64,000 bases of DNA from a virus: positions 33,795 through 97,794 of IMG/VR virus record IMGVR_UViG_3300036942_000180, one strand, 5' to 3'. How positions within the stretch are numbered: the stretch's first letter is position 1; each line of letters opens with the position of its first letter. The translations under genes and the position numbers were made by a program. A model generated the notes under the pieces. The model was not told where the DNA came from and searched no databases. It saw nothing but the letters and a program-made list of their open reading frames with translations. Shown here one piece after another: positions 38,716 to 48,782 of this stretch.

Positions 38716-40621
38716 TTATGCTTGGATAGAACTTTCTATTTGGAGTGTCGTGTTCTCTCCTCGTCTTGTTAAAATGTTTTGTGTTTACTAAGAACCCCAC
38801 AACGCGCGTATAATGATCTGTTATAGGAGAACCACAAATTGGACAGATTTCTCCCGTAGTTACACTCATGTGTCCATTCTCACATTTACCTAGCATGTAA
38901 TTAATAGCAAAATAAACCACTCCCATATTAGCAGAAGACTCTATCAAATTAGCCATTTGCTCCCAATCTTTAAGCTTAGTATCTACGTTCCAATGCCCGA
39001 TACTTCCACCTGAGAAATTCTCATCAAACGTACCCTGTAATTTAATTCTATCAAGTAAATCAGCACCTGTAGTGAGTGGAATGAACTGGTTGCTATATAA
39101 CTTATAATCATAACTATCATCTAAATGTCCAATCATTCTATCTTTCTTAACTAACTTAACGGATGTTCCTTCAGCAGGAATCTGCTCGCAATTAACTGGA
39201 ACTCCGAAATCCTGACCATATTTATCATTTTCATTATTAATAGTTTTGATGATATCTTTACCTAACTGAATTCCATCCTCTTCTAAAATATCTTCACCCA
39301 TAAGTTCAATCATTTCATTAAAACCATTCACTCCAACTGTATGATACTGCTTGTCAATGTCCATGAATCCTAATGTATACAGTGGATGTTTACCTTTATC
39401 AATTACATCTTCTATAATTTTTCTTTTAGCATAATTAACTTTATTAGAAACTCCAACCAAGTGTCTCAACTGCTTGAATATCTCTTCTTTACTATCATAT
39501 TTTAAAGCAATTCTAGGGAGATTTATGGTAACAACTCCAAGGGAGCCGATCTTACTTGATCCTGTTCCAAAACTATTGAAATACTCGTTACTTGTATCAG
39601 ATCTAAGCCTACAACAACTAGATAGAGTGGAAGTTTCACCCATATAAATGTTGATAAAGCCATTTGGTAAATTCTTTTTAGAAATCATCTCTAGAAAGCC
39701 TTTATCTTTAAGATTATTGTTTTCATCCACACTAAAGCAAGCAGTAGTTACAGGAAAAGTTACCGGAGTCCTTTGAAGTTCTTCATTCATAATATCAATA
39801 TACATCTCTTGTAATTTCTGAACTGTTTCAATTTCTGGTGTAGCTCCTGTTTGAGGGTGGATATAATCATTAATCATATTTTCTAAGAAGTGTTGATCGT
39901 ATATACTTATATTAGAAAAAATTGATTGATTTGATCTAAGAGGTTGATTTAATGTATAAATAGTACTAGTTAATTGCTCCCTAACATATTTCCATACATC
40001 TCCATCAGTAGCAAATTTAAAATGCGATTCTTCTTTATCTTTAAGTATATTATCAATATAAAGAGATATTACTAATAAAACATCACTAATACCCGTTGCT
40101 CCCAATGTACTATTAGCCGCAAGTACCATAAATTGCTCCAATTGTTTCATAAATGATAATAAATGCTTTGGAGGTTTACTTTCTATTTTATTGACCATTG
40201 GTAAACCTTTAGTCATTACGTCATAAGTACTGAAATTGAAACAATAACTCTTACCTGCTGAAATTCCATGCATATCATTAATATAAATATCACCAATAAT
40301 ATTTCTTTCTATAATTTCATTAGCTTCATCCAAGCTAAATTCTTCTTTTAGAGTTTTCCACAGTCTATAATAACTATCTAATCTATGCATTGGTTTCTTA
40401 GACTCTACACTATAACTGATAACTGATACATCAGACACATTAGCATTTGGATCAATAGAACCATCTGCCGTAACATCTGAATCGAAGAACTGGTTTCTGA
40501 ACTTATTTAAATCAAGGTTACTACCTAAACCATCTAATTCAAATAACTCTTCAGGATAATTTTCTCTCAACCTTTCGAATAATTCGTCAAACTCTTTATC
40601 ATAACTGAATTCAATTTGCAT
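38702..40621 (-). CDS. nrdD: Anaerobic ribonucleoside-triphosphate reductase (class III)
   Basis: SCCRL, EQIPAE, Zn site CENGH/CPICG, glycyl-radical YTRVVGFL. Confidence 0.95.
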   Translation of the reverse strand: MQIEFSYDKEFDELFERLRENYPEELFELDGLGSNLDLNKFRNQFFDSDVTADGSIDPNANVSDVSVISYSVESKKPMHRLDSYYRLWKTLKEEFSLDEANEIIERNIIGDIYINDMHGISAGKSYCFNFSTYDVMTKGLPMVNKIESKPPKHLLSFMKQLEQFMVLAANSTLGATGISDVLLVISLYIDNILKDKEESHFKFATDGDVWKYVREQLTSTIYTLNQPLRSNQSIFSNISIYDQHFLENMINDYIHPQTGATPEIETVQKLQEMYIDIMNEELQRTPVTFPVTTACFSVDENNNLKDKGFLEMISKKNLPNGFINIYMGETSTLSSCCRLRSDTSNEYFNSFGTGSSKIGSLGVVTINLPRIALKYDSKEEIFKQLRHLVGVSNKVNYAKRKIIEDVIDKGKHPLYTLGFMDIDKQYHTVGVNGFNEMIELMGEDILEEDGIQLGKDIIKTINNENDKYGQDFGVPVNCEQIPAEGTSVKLVKKDRMIGHLDDSYDYKLYSNQFIPLTTGADLLDRIKLQGTFDENFSGGSIGHWNVDTKLKDWEQMANLIESSANMGVVYFAINYMLGKCENGHMSVTTGEICPICGSPITDHYTRVVGFLVNTKHFNKTRREHDTPNRKFYPSISEAI

Positions 40622-40658
40622 AACTAATTATCTCTCCCTTATATTATATATTTATATT

Positions 40659-40880
40659 TTAAACAGATTGTAAATCAGTAAACTGACCATCTTTAATAAT
40701 CATTGGAAATGATCTAACTCCTGCTTCACTAGCCCTGCTGATTAGTGAATTTGAATCTTCTATCTCTTCCTTTAATTTATATTCAAATTCTATACCTTTA
40801 CTTTTTAGAATATTTTTAACAACTGAACATCTTCCACAATTTTCTTTTCCTATTACTTGTACCATTAACATTACCTCCAA
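40659..40880 (-). CDS. nrdH: Glutaredoxin-like protein
   Basis: CGRC active site; RSFPMI. Confidence 0.8.
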   Translation of the reverse strand: MEVMLMVQVIGKENCGRCSVVKNILKSKGIEFEYKLKEEIEDSNSLISRASEAGVRSFPMIIKDGQFTDLQSV

Positions 40881-40937
40881 ATTTTTTGTTTTTTATATGA
40901 TATGATATAGTTAAATTTAATTACACTTTTTGAAAAG

Positions 40938-40949
40938 TATTAGTTTGTT
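40938..40949 (-). promoter_or_regulatory. Late-type promoter AACA-N6-TA
   Basis: AACA-AACTAA-TA upstream of nrdH-nrdD-nrdG. Confidence 0.55.
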
Positions 40950-41084
40950 TGATGCCAAAAATTGTTTTTTCTGTTAATTTTACACAATTTTACTCTATCT
41001 AAAAACTGAATCTCTTTGTATAAATGATATAGAATTCTAATGCTTTAGAAATTAAAAATTTATGAGAATATTAGGAACCAATGG

Positions 41085-41096
41085 AACAATAAATTA
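41085..41096 (+). promoter_or_regulatory. Late-type promoter AACA-N6-TA
   Basis: AACA-ATAAAT-TA upstream of amylase. Confidence 0.55.
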
Positions 41097-41143
41097 ATCA
41101 ACATGAAATTAAAAATAAATTAATTACAATAAAAATATATAGA

Positions 41144-42241
41144 TTGGATGATATAATGGTTATACTGCAAGGATTTCATTGGAATTGTTTAAATGAATGG
41201 TATAAAGTTCTAGAAGTACTGGCAGATACATTGGAAGAAAAGCAATTCGACCAAATATGGCTACCTCCTCCCTCTAAAGGGATGGCAGGAGATAGTTCTA
41301 TGGGTTATGACATTAAGGAACACTACAACTTAGATTCTAAGTTTGGAGATAAAAGAGAGCTAAAAAAGTTAATTAATAAACTACACGATAATAATATAGA
41401 AGTGATAGCAGATCTAGTGCTTGGGCATATGCTCGGTGGAGAGAAGCAATTCAACCCACTATTAAATAAAGAGACATATACCAAGTTTGATAATGATGAT
41501 TTTCCCATGAATTACAATCATTTTTGTCATGAATGTGGGAAGTGTAATGCAGACAACGAGTTTGGAGAAACTATATGCTACTATTCAGATAATAACTATA
41601 TGAGGGATAATCTAATAGAGTGGTCAAATTGGTTGGTAGAGGATATAGGTTTCGACAATTTCAGATTAGATAACGTCAAAGATATTAGGTGGGATTTTAT
41701 AGAAGAATTTAGTGATGAATTTGATGGTAGATTCATCGTGGGAGAATATTGGGATGGGGATGATGAGATACTTAAAGATCTAATAGGAAAAACTGATATA
41801 CACCTGTTCAACTTTCCTTTATTTTATAAACTAAGAGAGATGTGCATGAACCCGATGTATTCTATGAAAGAGATAGAGAATATTTCAACACATAATAAGG
41901 TTAACTTCGTTTCTAACCATGATATTGATAGAAGGGAAAGAGATAGTAATAAAGATGCTATAGTAAACAATAAGGAATTAGCATACGCTTATATACTATT
42001 TCAAGAGCAACCCGCTGTAGTCTTTTGGAACGATTACTTTGAATATAAGTTAAAGAAAGATATAGATAAGATGATAGAAGTAAGGAAATTAGTGGAAGAT
42101 GATCCATTAAAAGTATTATATTTAGATGATGATCTTTACGTAGCTAAACGAGGGAATTATAATTTATATATTAATAATAGTAATAATGAAAGATATTATA
42201 ATAAAATTAATATTAAACCACAAAGCTATAAACTAATATAA
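41144..42241 (+). CDS. Alpha-amylase (GH13)
   Basis: LQGFHW, IWLPPP, MGYD, FRLDNVK, VGEYW, FVSNHD (catalytic D/E/D intact). Confidence 0.92.
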   Translation: MDDIMVILQGFHWNCLNEWYKVLEVLADTLEEKQFDQIWLPPPSKGMAGDSSMGYDIKEHYNLDSKFGDKRELKKLINKLHDNNIEVIADLVLGHMLGGEKQFNPLLNKETYTKFDNDDFPMNYNHFCHECGKCNADNEFGETICYYSDNNYMRDNLIEWSNWLVEDIGFDNFRLDNVKDIRWDFIEEFSDEFDGRFIVGEYWDGDDEILKDLIGKTDIHLFNFPLFYKLREMCMNPMYSMKEIENISTHNKVNFVSNHDIDRRERDSNKDAIVNNKELAYAYILFQEQPAVVFWNDYFEYKLKKDIDKMIEVRKLVEDDPLKVLYLDDDLYVAKRGNYNLYINNSNNERYYNKINIKPQSYKLI

Positions 42242-42244
42242 AAA

Positions 42245-42374
42245 TAAAAAAGATAAAGTAGATTTTACTCTACTTTATCTTTAATTATTCTAACTATTTA
42301 ATGCCCAGTTTAAATAGCTATCAATCCTAGCATTACTTTATTTAAAGTAATTACAGAAAGGAGGTGATATTATT
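42245..42374 (-). ncRNA. Candidate small RNA or structured 3' UTR with 16S-like anti-SD
   Basis: AACA-N6-TA at 42385-42374; AUCACCUCCUUUCU near the 5' end; two hairpins; terminator 42247-42282. Confidence 0.35.
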
Positions 42375-42384
42375 ATATTATTGT

Positions 42385-45300
42385 TTATCTAACAGGACAC
42401 ACGCCTGCTTCACAATCACTGCCAATCTCTTCTTCTCTTTCTTTATCTACGTCATCTCCACCATAAATTCTTTCATTCTTGTTAACAATTGAAGAATTAA
42501 ATGGAGTAATTTTACTTGCTCTTTCTTCATATTCTTCTTGATCTATCTCTTCGTAAGGCATAAGTGGATAAGAGCTATCATTGTAAGATAAGAAAGAAAC
42601 ACCAACAACATCATCCCAGTTATTCCATAGCCATTCTTCTACATAACTCCATTCATTATCTCTAACATGAACAGTGATACTAGCATTATGATCCACATAA
42701 TTCTTCATGAATAATCTATAAATCTCTAACTGTTCGATTGCATATACATCTTTCTTAACTTTACCTTCTGGAGCTTTAATTGGAAATTCTATTACTGCTG
42801 TATTATCCTTACCTGGATCTTGTTTGATAGGATAGTTTAATTCTTCAGCAGTTTTTAATAGAGGATCACTATTAGTAGTCCTAACTCTTCTGATGTAATA
42901 CTCAGAGTGTGAGAAATGTAATCCACTGGAAACTGTAGGCATCTGTGATTGAGTATTGTGTGATTTTAAACCACCTTGATAATACATATGGCTATTTTCT
43001 ACAGTAATATCATAAGTTCTTTTATCTTTTATAATTTCTTTATTTACTACAATATATGGATTTTTACTTCGAACTAATCCTTCACTGATTGGTCTATTTT
43101 GAGCCTTTACTGAATGCTTATTTATATAATCAATAGAATATTGATCACTAAAAGCTCTTGCCATTCTAGTTTTATACATTGGTTTATTAGAATATGATCC
43201 TTTTCTTACTGAATTTACTATAAAACTCATTGCTAATCCTACTGCTTCACCAACTTCTTGTAAGTGTCTTATAAATTCACTATTAGCTGAATCTATAGCA
43301 AATGTTTTACTAGTAAAACTTCCGTCATTATCAGCATAACCAGTTATAAATGCTAAAATAACATCTTTAGATGAAGTTCTAATAGGTTTAGGAATTCTAT
43401 TAAAATTATCTTTTTTGTCTAAATTATTTTCTCTCAACCATTTTCTTATTTGAACCCTGCAAAAATTTTGTACATATGAATCTTTTCCTTTTGGTCTTTT
43501 TAATGTAGTTTCAACATTGAATTGTTCTTTCCATATCCTTTGAACTCTTTCATGTACATTTTTATGTTGGCAATGAAATTTTATTCTAGATTGATTTTTT
43601 CTAGCACTATCTTCGGGGAAACTTCCATTTGCAAGATAAGCACCTATTAACCATGCTAAATCTTCATTCATTTCACTAGGAAAAGTACAATCTTCAATTC
43701 CATTTTCTCCCTGTCTATATTCATCAAGTGAAATACTTTTTAACTTAATATTAGTTTTTTTGTTATAAGAACCTAATTTATAATCTAATTGATCCCCAAT
43801 TTTTATATCCCTTGCTTCTACCCATTGATTATTTATTGAAAGAGGATGTTCTTTTGTCAATTCTAATTTTCTTCCATTTTGCAAGGTTAATTTAATTATT
43901 TCTTTTTTATCACTGCTATAAACTTTATCAATATAATCTCCATTAGATAAGTATAACTTATCTAATTCTTTCCAACCATTATTATTATAAATATTTTTAT
44001 CAATTTCATCCATAAATAAAATTCCATCATCTAAAGTTCGAACATGATCTTTTGTTAAACAACCTTCAGGTTTTACTGAAGTCACCAATAGGGGTTTGTT
44101 AGTTCCATGTTCTTCAGCTATTTCATTTGCCGCATTCTGACCTGTTTCTCTCATTTTTTTCATAAGTTCAGCTTGTTTTTTATAATTTTCAGAAGTTCTA
44201 ATCATTTCACTGATAGTATCTACTAAGTCTTTTTCATTACCTTTATACTCTTCTAATAGTTCTTCATATTCTTCTGAAGATGGTAAATTAAAACTATTCC
44301 ATCCTAGAAGATTCATAGCATCTTGCCACCCCGTAACTGATAATCCCACTAACATATCTCTTTTATTAATATTATCCCAATCATTAAGTTCAAAATCAAC
44401 AGAAGCCATTCTATATCCTGCTCTAGCAGACATTCTTTGAGCTTCTAATAATTCATCTAACATTAATTCATTATCATCATTTACAAATGAAACCATGTTA
44501 AGTGAAGTTAAATTACAAACACCTTGAGAGGACAATAGTATTTCGCTACATGGGTTAACCACTTCAAAGTTTTTCCTACGTTTACTGGCTTCTACTGCAT
44601 TTACAAATCCTGGTTCTCCTGTATATCTCATTTGCTTCACATGCCAGTTTAATTTATCTCTACTAGGTTTATCTCTATAAAAAATAGAGTTATTGCTATT
44701 AGTCCTATGTGCAACTTCTTCATTTGTTTTCCATTCTCCATTCTCTTGAGTATAGAGATTACTCTTAGCTTGAGCTACTTCAGTATCTTCTGCATCAAAT
44801 AAAGCAATCTGGGCTGACCTTCTAACTCCACCAGATACTACATTCTCTGCAATAATATTTCCAAAATCAAGAGCATCAATTGGCTTTAAATTATATTCTT
44901 TTGTGTTCTTATTTTTTAATACTTTATCTAATTTATCATACATTTTCTTTAAAGCGCCAAACCCGCTAGCTTCTCCGCCGAATGTTTTTAAGCGTTCACC
45001 TTTAGGTCTAATATTATCATAGTTAAAGATAATGTGTTCTAAATCTCTATAGAAACTATTAGTAAGAAAATCCAAGAAGTATTCTAAAGATTTAACCCAT
45101 GCTTCTTTACTATCTCCAACAGTAATTTCAACAATATTAGCATCAGTGTCAAACTCAAATTCAGTTTGTTCATTTCTTTCATCTGTTGGAACTGGTTCAT
45201 AGAATTTATGAGTAATACTAACATCAGTCCTAAATTTAGGTAATTTTTCCACATCTTCTGGAAGGATTCTGTATCCTGTACCAGAACCGATTAATAATAA

Positions 45301-45969
45301 ATAAAACATATCAGTAAATCTATCTAGTGAATCAATTACTACTCCTGAGCAATTATAGTTACTCATAGGAAACTTTTCAGATCCACCAGTTTGAGCAGTA
45401 AATAAAGTCCTTCCAGCTACAAAGTTTCTAAAATTATAAATATTATCGAATAATTTTTTCTTTTCATCTTCTGAAGTTGGAAGTAAACTAGTATTATATT
45501 CAACAGCTCTTCTCACTGTCTCCCACCATTTTTCCCTTCTAGTTTCTTCTGGTACATATCTTGAATAGGTTCTGTAATAAATATATTCTCCAAGCTCAGT
45601 AGGAAAAGGGTTAGGTTGATGTTTATAATTACTAATAAAATCATCGGGTAATTCATTTTTATTACTTTTCTTATCTCTATTCTTATCTCTATTGTATCTA
45701 TATAAGATATAAGATTTTCCAATATTGAAGTAACCATTGTTAAGAAGTTCAAACTCAACTCTATCTTGAATGTCTTCTACTTTAATAATTTCTTCTTCAT
45801 AATTTAAAATAATATTCTCATTAATATCATCTGCTACTTCTTTAGCTATTTCCTTAGCTTCTTCCATATCAGTAACCTGTTCCAGTGAAGCTTGATAAAT
45901 AGCATTTTCTATCTTATCAATATCAAAGTCGACTAGTTCTCCGTCTCTCTTTCTTACTTTTAAATCCAT
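42385..45969 (-). CDS. nrdJ: Class II (B12-dependent) ribonucleotide reductase with ATP cone and intein
   Basis: KVRKRDG ATP cone; YRTYSR, NYNCS, GGVRRSA, NPCSEI, VKPEG, C-terminal CEAGVCPVR. Confidence 0.93.
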   Translation of the reverse strand: MDLKVRKRDGELVDFDIDKIENAIYQASLEQVTDMEEAKEIAKEVADDINENIILNYEEEIIKVEDIQDRVEFELLNNGYFNIGKSYILYRYNRDKNRDKKSNKNELPDDFISNYKHQPNPFPTELGEYIYYRTYSRYVPEETRREKWWETVRRAVEYNTSLLPTSEDEKKKLFDNIYNFRNFVAGRTLFTAQTGGSEKFPMSNYNCSGVVIDSLDRFTDMFYLLLIGSGTGYRILPEDVEKLPKFRTDVSITHKFYEPVPTDERNEQTEFEFDTDANIVEITVGDSKEAWVKSLEYFLDFLTNSFYRDLEHIIFNYDNIRPKGERLKTFGGEASGFGALKKMYDKLDKVLKNKNTKEYNLKPIDALDFGNIIAENVVSGGVRRSAQIALFDAEDTEVAQAKSNLYTQENGEWKTNEEVAHRTNSNNSIFYRDKPSRDKLNWHVKQMRYTGEPGFVNAVEASKRRKNFEVVNPCSEILLSSQGVCNLTSLNMVSFVNDDNELMLDELLEAQRMSARAGYRMASVDFELNDWDNINKRDMLVGLSVTGWQDAMNLLGWNSFNLPSSEEYEELLEEYKGNEKDLVDTISEMIRTSENYKKQAELMKKMRETGQNAANEIAEEHGTNKPLLVTSVKPEGCLTKDHVRTLDDGILFMDEIDKNIYNNNGWKELDKLYLSNGDYIDKVYSSDKKEIIKLTLQNGRKLELTKEHPLSINNQWVEARDIKIGDQLDYKLGSYNKKTNIKLKSISLDEYRQGENGIEDCTFPSEMNEDLAWLIGAYLANGSFPEDSARKNQSRIKFHCQHKNVHERVQRIWKEQFNVETTLKRPKGKDSYVQNFCRVQIRKWLRENNLDKKDNFNRIPKPIRTSSKDVILAFITGYADNDGSFTSKTFAIDSANSEFIRHLQEVGEAVGLAMSFIVNSVRKGSYSNKPMYKTRMARAFSDQYSIDYINKHSVKAQNRPISEGLVRSKNPYIVVNKEIIKDKRTYDITVENSHMYYQGGLKSHNTQSQMPTVSSGLHFSHSEYYIRRVRTTNSDPLLKTAEELNYPIKQDPGKDNTAVIEFPIKAPEGKVKKDVYAIEQLEIYRLFMKNYVDHNASITVHVRDNEWSYVEEWLWNNWDDVVGVSFLSYNDSSYPLMPYEEIDQEEYEERASKITPFNSSIVNKNERIYGGDDVDKEREEEIGSDCEAGVCPVR
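42955..44061 (-). mobile_element. Intein (369 aa) with LAGLIDADG endonuclease
   Basis: KPEG|CLTKDH...TYDITVENSHMYYQGGLKSHN|T; LIGAYLANG and ITGYADNDG motifs. Confidence 0.92.
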
Positions 45970-46033
45970 ATTAACAAAACACTCCTTTTTATTTGTTGGG
46001 ATATAATAAAAATCAATTTTAATAAATCTTTGG

Positions 46034-46045
46034 TATTATTTTGTT
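46034..46045 (-). promoter_or_regulatory. Late-type promoter AACA-N6-TA
   Basis: AACA-AAATAA-TA upstream of nrdJ. Confidence 0.55.
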
Positions 46046-46139
46046 GTATATGGAATTTATATTTTTCATTTAAAATATCTCTAATAAGAAGATAAAAAAA
46101 AATAAGGTAAAATTAATTACCTTATTTAATATATTATAA

Positions 46140-46376
46140 CTATTCGATATACTGGATGTAAATTTTAGACAAAACATGGTACTTCTCGTTAAAATTATTG
46201 AAAGTATCCATGTCTATACTTAACCGATCGTCTTGCTCCTCCTTAAACTTTTTGAACAAAGCTTCTTCCTCTTTATTTAATTTTTCTTCTAATAACTCAT
46301 CTACCTTTTCTCTTTCAAATTCATCTAGTTTCTCTCCACCCAATATTTTGTCAAACAACTCTTGATAATTAAACAT
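46140..46376 (-). CDS. Hypothetical protein
   Basis: 78 aa; RBS; early motif 46407-46423. Confidence 0.65.
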   Translation of the reverse strand: MFNYQELFDKILGGEKLDEFEREKVDELLEEKLNKEEEALFKKFKEEQDDRLSIDMDTFNNFNEKYHVLSKIYIQYIE

Positions 46377-46423
46377 AATTTAAACCCTCCTAGTTTTTAT
46401 TCAATATAATAATATATACTTAA

Positions 46424-47611
46424 TTATAAAGCTAATATCAGTTTATCACTAGCTCTAGTTACCGCAGTATACAACCAATTCTTATGATACTTCCTATTCA
46501 ATACTTCATTGAAGACCAACACTGAATCCCATTCAGATCCTTGAGACTTATGACAAGTAATCGCATAGCCAAAGTTGAATAGGTTCAAATTATCTACATT
46601 TCTTTTATAGAACTTTAATTCACTTTCATAATCTATAAATGATTGAGTATCTACTAAAATTTCTTTAAAATTATTATCAAAGCCAATAGGTCTAAAATCA
46701 AGACTAAATGTTCTAGCATAACTAGTATCATCTTCAGAAACATCATTCATAGCAGTTCCTATTAAGCCATTTATCAATGGAAAGTTGTCTCCGTTTTCAT
46801 GTATAACTTTACCCCAATTATTTCTTTCACATATTAGTTTATCACCTTTAACTGGTAGATCGCCTTCAAAACCTTTAAGTTTCCTAATTTGTCTATTTAT
46901 TCTATCTTTAGTTATATTCTTTCCTACTATAATTTGATCCATATTGAGTAACATCTTTTTATTAATTTCATATTTTGGAATAACCATTACTTTTATTTCA
47001 CCTTTATCATTTTTATAAACTCCATAATCTATTTTTTCACCTTTATTAATCTTATTACTTATTTTAATGATAGGATTATTTAATGATTGTCGGTGAGGGG
47101 TATCAAAATTATAATCGGGGTTATCGAAGTAATCGATATGACCGGAGTTTGCAATTGCAGGCAATTGTGCAGAGTCGCCAATTAGTATTATATTTCTATT
47201 ATAATCTAATAAGTCTTTCATAATCTTATCAGAAACCATAGCTGCTTCATCTATCACAAGTAGTTTTATTCTCTTATCAATTTCATCTCTTTTCTTAAAT
47301 TTAACTTCAGTTTTCTTAGTTTTCGGGTTAAACTTTTCATAAGGTTGATAGATTAATTTATGAATAGTACTTGAATTTTTATTTCCTTTTTGTTTTAAAA
47401 CTAATGAAGCTTTACCCGTAAACGCTAAGTATCTGATTTCATTTTCTTCCAGATTTAACTCATCTGTGGCAATCTTAATCACAGAGCTTTTACCACTTCC
47501 AGCTACTCCTGAAAGAGTGAATACTTGTTTATCTTTTTGCATTCTATACCATAATTTAATCTTCTTTACTGCTGTTCTTTGATCTTTAGAAAGATCATCA
47601 AAAGTTAACAA
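46424..47611 (-). CDS. SF1B helicase (Dda/RecD-like)
   Basis: GVAGSGKS, VIDEA, GDSAQLP, HRQ, YAITCHKSQGSE, YTAVTRA. Confidence 0.92.
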   Translation of the reverse strand: MLTFDDLSKDQRTAVKKIKLWYRMQKDKQVFTLSGVAGSGKSSVIKIATDELNLEENEIRYLAFTGKASLVLKQKGNKNSSTIHKLIYQPYEKFNPKTKKTEVKFKKRDEIDKRIKLLVIDEAAMVSDKIMKDLLDYNRNIILIGDSAQLPAIANSGHIDYFDNPDYNFDTPHRQSLNNPIIKISNKINKGEKIDYGVYKNDKGEIKVMVIPKYEINKKMLLNMDQIIVGKNITKDRINRQIRKLKGFEGDLPVKGDKLICERNNWGKVIHENGDNFPLINGLIGTAMNDVSEDDTSYARTFSLDFRPIGFDNNFKEILVDTQSFIDYESELKFYKRNVDNLNLFNFGYAITCHKSQGSEWDSVLVFNEVLNRKYHKNWLYTAVTRASDKLILAL

Positions 47612-47614
47612 ACT

Positions 47615-48034
47615 TTAATCACCTTCTTTCTTTAATTTATACTCCATCTTTAATTTTTGGTAATATGGTTTTAATTGATGAAAATTTATATGAGATTTTC
47701 CATTTCCATCATCAACTAAAATAGAAAAATTATTAGATAGTGTAGACTCTAAATTAAATATTATCAATGAAATTAGTTTCTTTTTACTTTCTAAGTCTAA
47801 TTTTAATCCTAATTCTTTAAATTCAATTACTACTTTATTATTTTCCATAAAAATATTTAATACTTTATTCTCTTTATATTCATCGTCAAGTCCAATATTA
47901 TAAGAAAATTCTATATTTTCAGTTATATCATTAATATTAAAAATAATATTATTACCAAATACTTCATCTCTAAAAGTTTTTATGATATAATCATCTGGAT
48001 GAGGAATGGAACCCCTAAAATATATTTTCATCAC
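47615..48034 (-). CDS. Hypothetical protein with C-terminal motif
   Basis: Ends QKLKMEYKLKKEGD. Confidence 0.65.
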   Translation of the reverse strand: MMKIYFRGSIPHPDDYIIKTFRDEVFGNNIIFNINDITENIEFSYNIGLDDEYKENKVLNIFMENNKVVIEFKELGLKLDLESKKKLISLIIFNLESTLSNNFSILVDDGNGKSHINFHQLKPYYQKLKMEYKLKKEGD

Positions 48035-48441
48035 TAATCATCCTTTTTCTTTAATTTATACTCCATAAAATATTTTTTTATATCATTTGCCTTAATCTTA
48101 TCTTCTTCATTTTTATATTTAATTATAATAGAATATTTTTTAATATCAATATCAGTGTTAAAAAGGATTATCGATGTAATATTTTTTCTTATTTTTGAAC
48201 TGTAGTCAAATCTTTCTTTAAACTCTATAGTTATTTCTCCATCTTTTAATTTTAATTCTAAAATTTCAATCTCACTATTATCTAGTTCATAAGTGATAGT
48301 AATTGATTTATCCTTATTTAGAACAAATGAATTTTCACTTTTTATTAGATCTTCAATCATGCTTTTCATCATAGAATCTCTAAACATATCTTTTAAAAAA
48401 TCATGCTTATCATCTGATATTGACATAGCCGGATTTTTCAT
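48034..48441 (-). CDS. Hypothetical protein with C-terminal motif
   Basis: Ends KKYFMEYKLKKKDD. Confidence 0.65.
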   Translation of the reverse strand: MKNPAMSISDDKHDFLKDMFRDSMMKSMIEDLIKSENSFVLNKDKSITITYELDNSEIEILELKLKDGEITIEFKERFDYSSKIRKNITSIILFNTDIDIKKYSIIIKYKNEEDKIKANDIKKYFMEYKLKKKDD

Positions 48442-48444
48442 ATA

Positions 48445-48780
48445 TTAATCATCCTTCTTATAATGGGTATAATATTCCACTATGGCTCTAAAAATAGTCT
48501 TATTCTTATGTTTACCGTTCTTTTTTATTTTAATTGTAGGGGAAGTTATAACTACTTCCCATTCATTGAATTTTAATTTATAATAAGTTAATCTTCTTTT
48601 ACCATCTTCTTCTAAGAGAAATTGTTCTATTAAATAATCCATATGCCTATTAAATTCAATAGGATCATAGAAATCTAACGTAGAATCTTTAGATGCTAAC
48701 AATGGTTTCTCTCCAGTGAAATAGATGTTCTTATCTTCATTCCTATTAGGTATCAATAAATACTTATCAGATAGTCTCAA
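48445..48780 (-). CDS. Hypothetical protein
   Basis: 111-aa ORF in array, lacks motif. Confidence 0.6.
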   Translation of the reverse strand: MRLSDKYLLIPNRNEDKNIYFTGEKPLLASKDSTLDFYDPIEFNRHMDYLIEQFLLEEDGKRRLTYYKLKFNEWEVVITSPTIKIKKNGKHKNKTIFRAIVEYYTHYKKDD

Positions 48781-48782
48781 TA

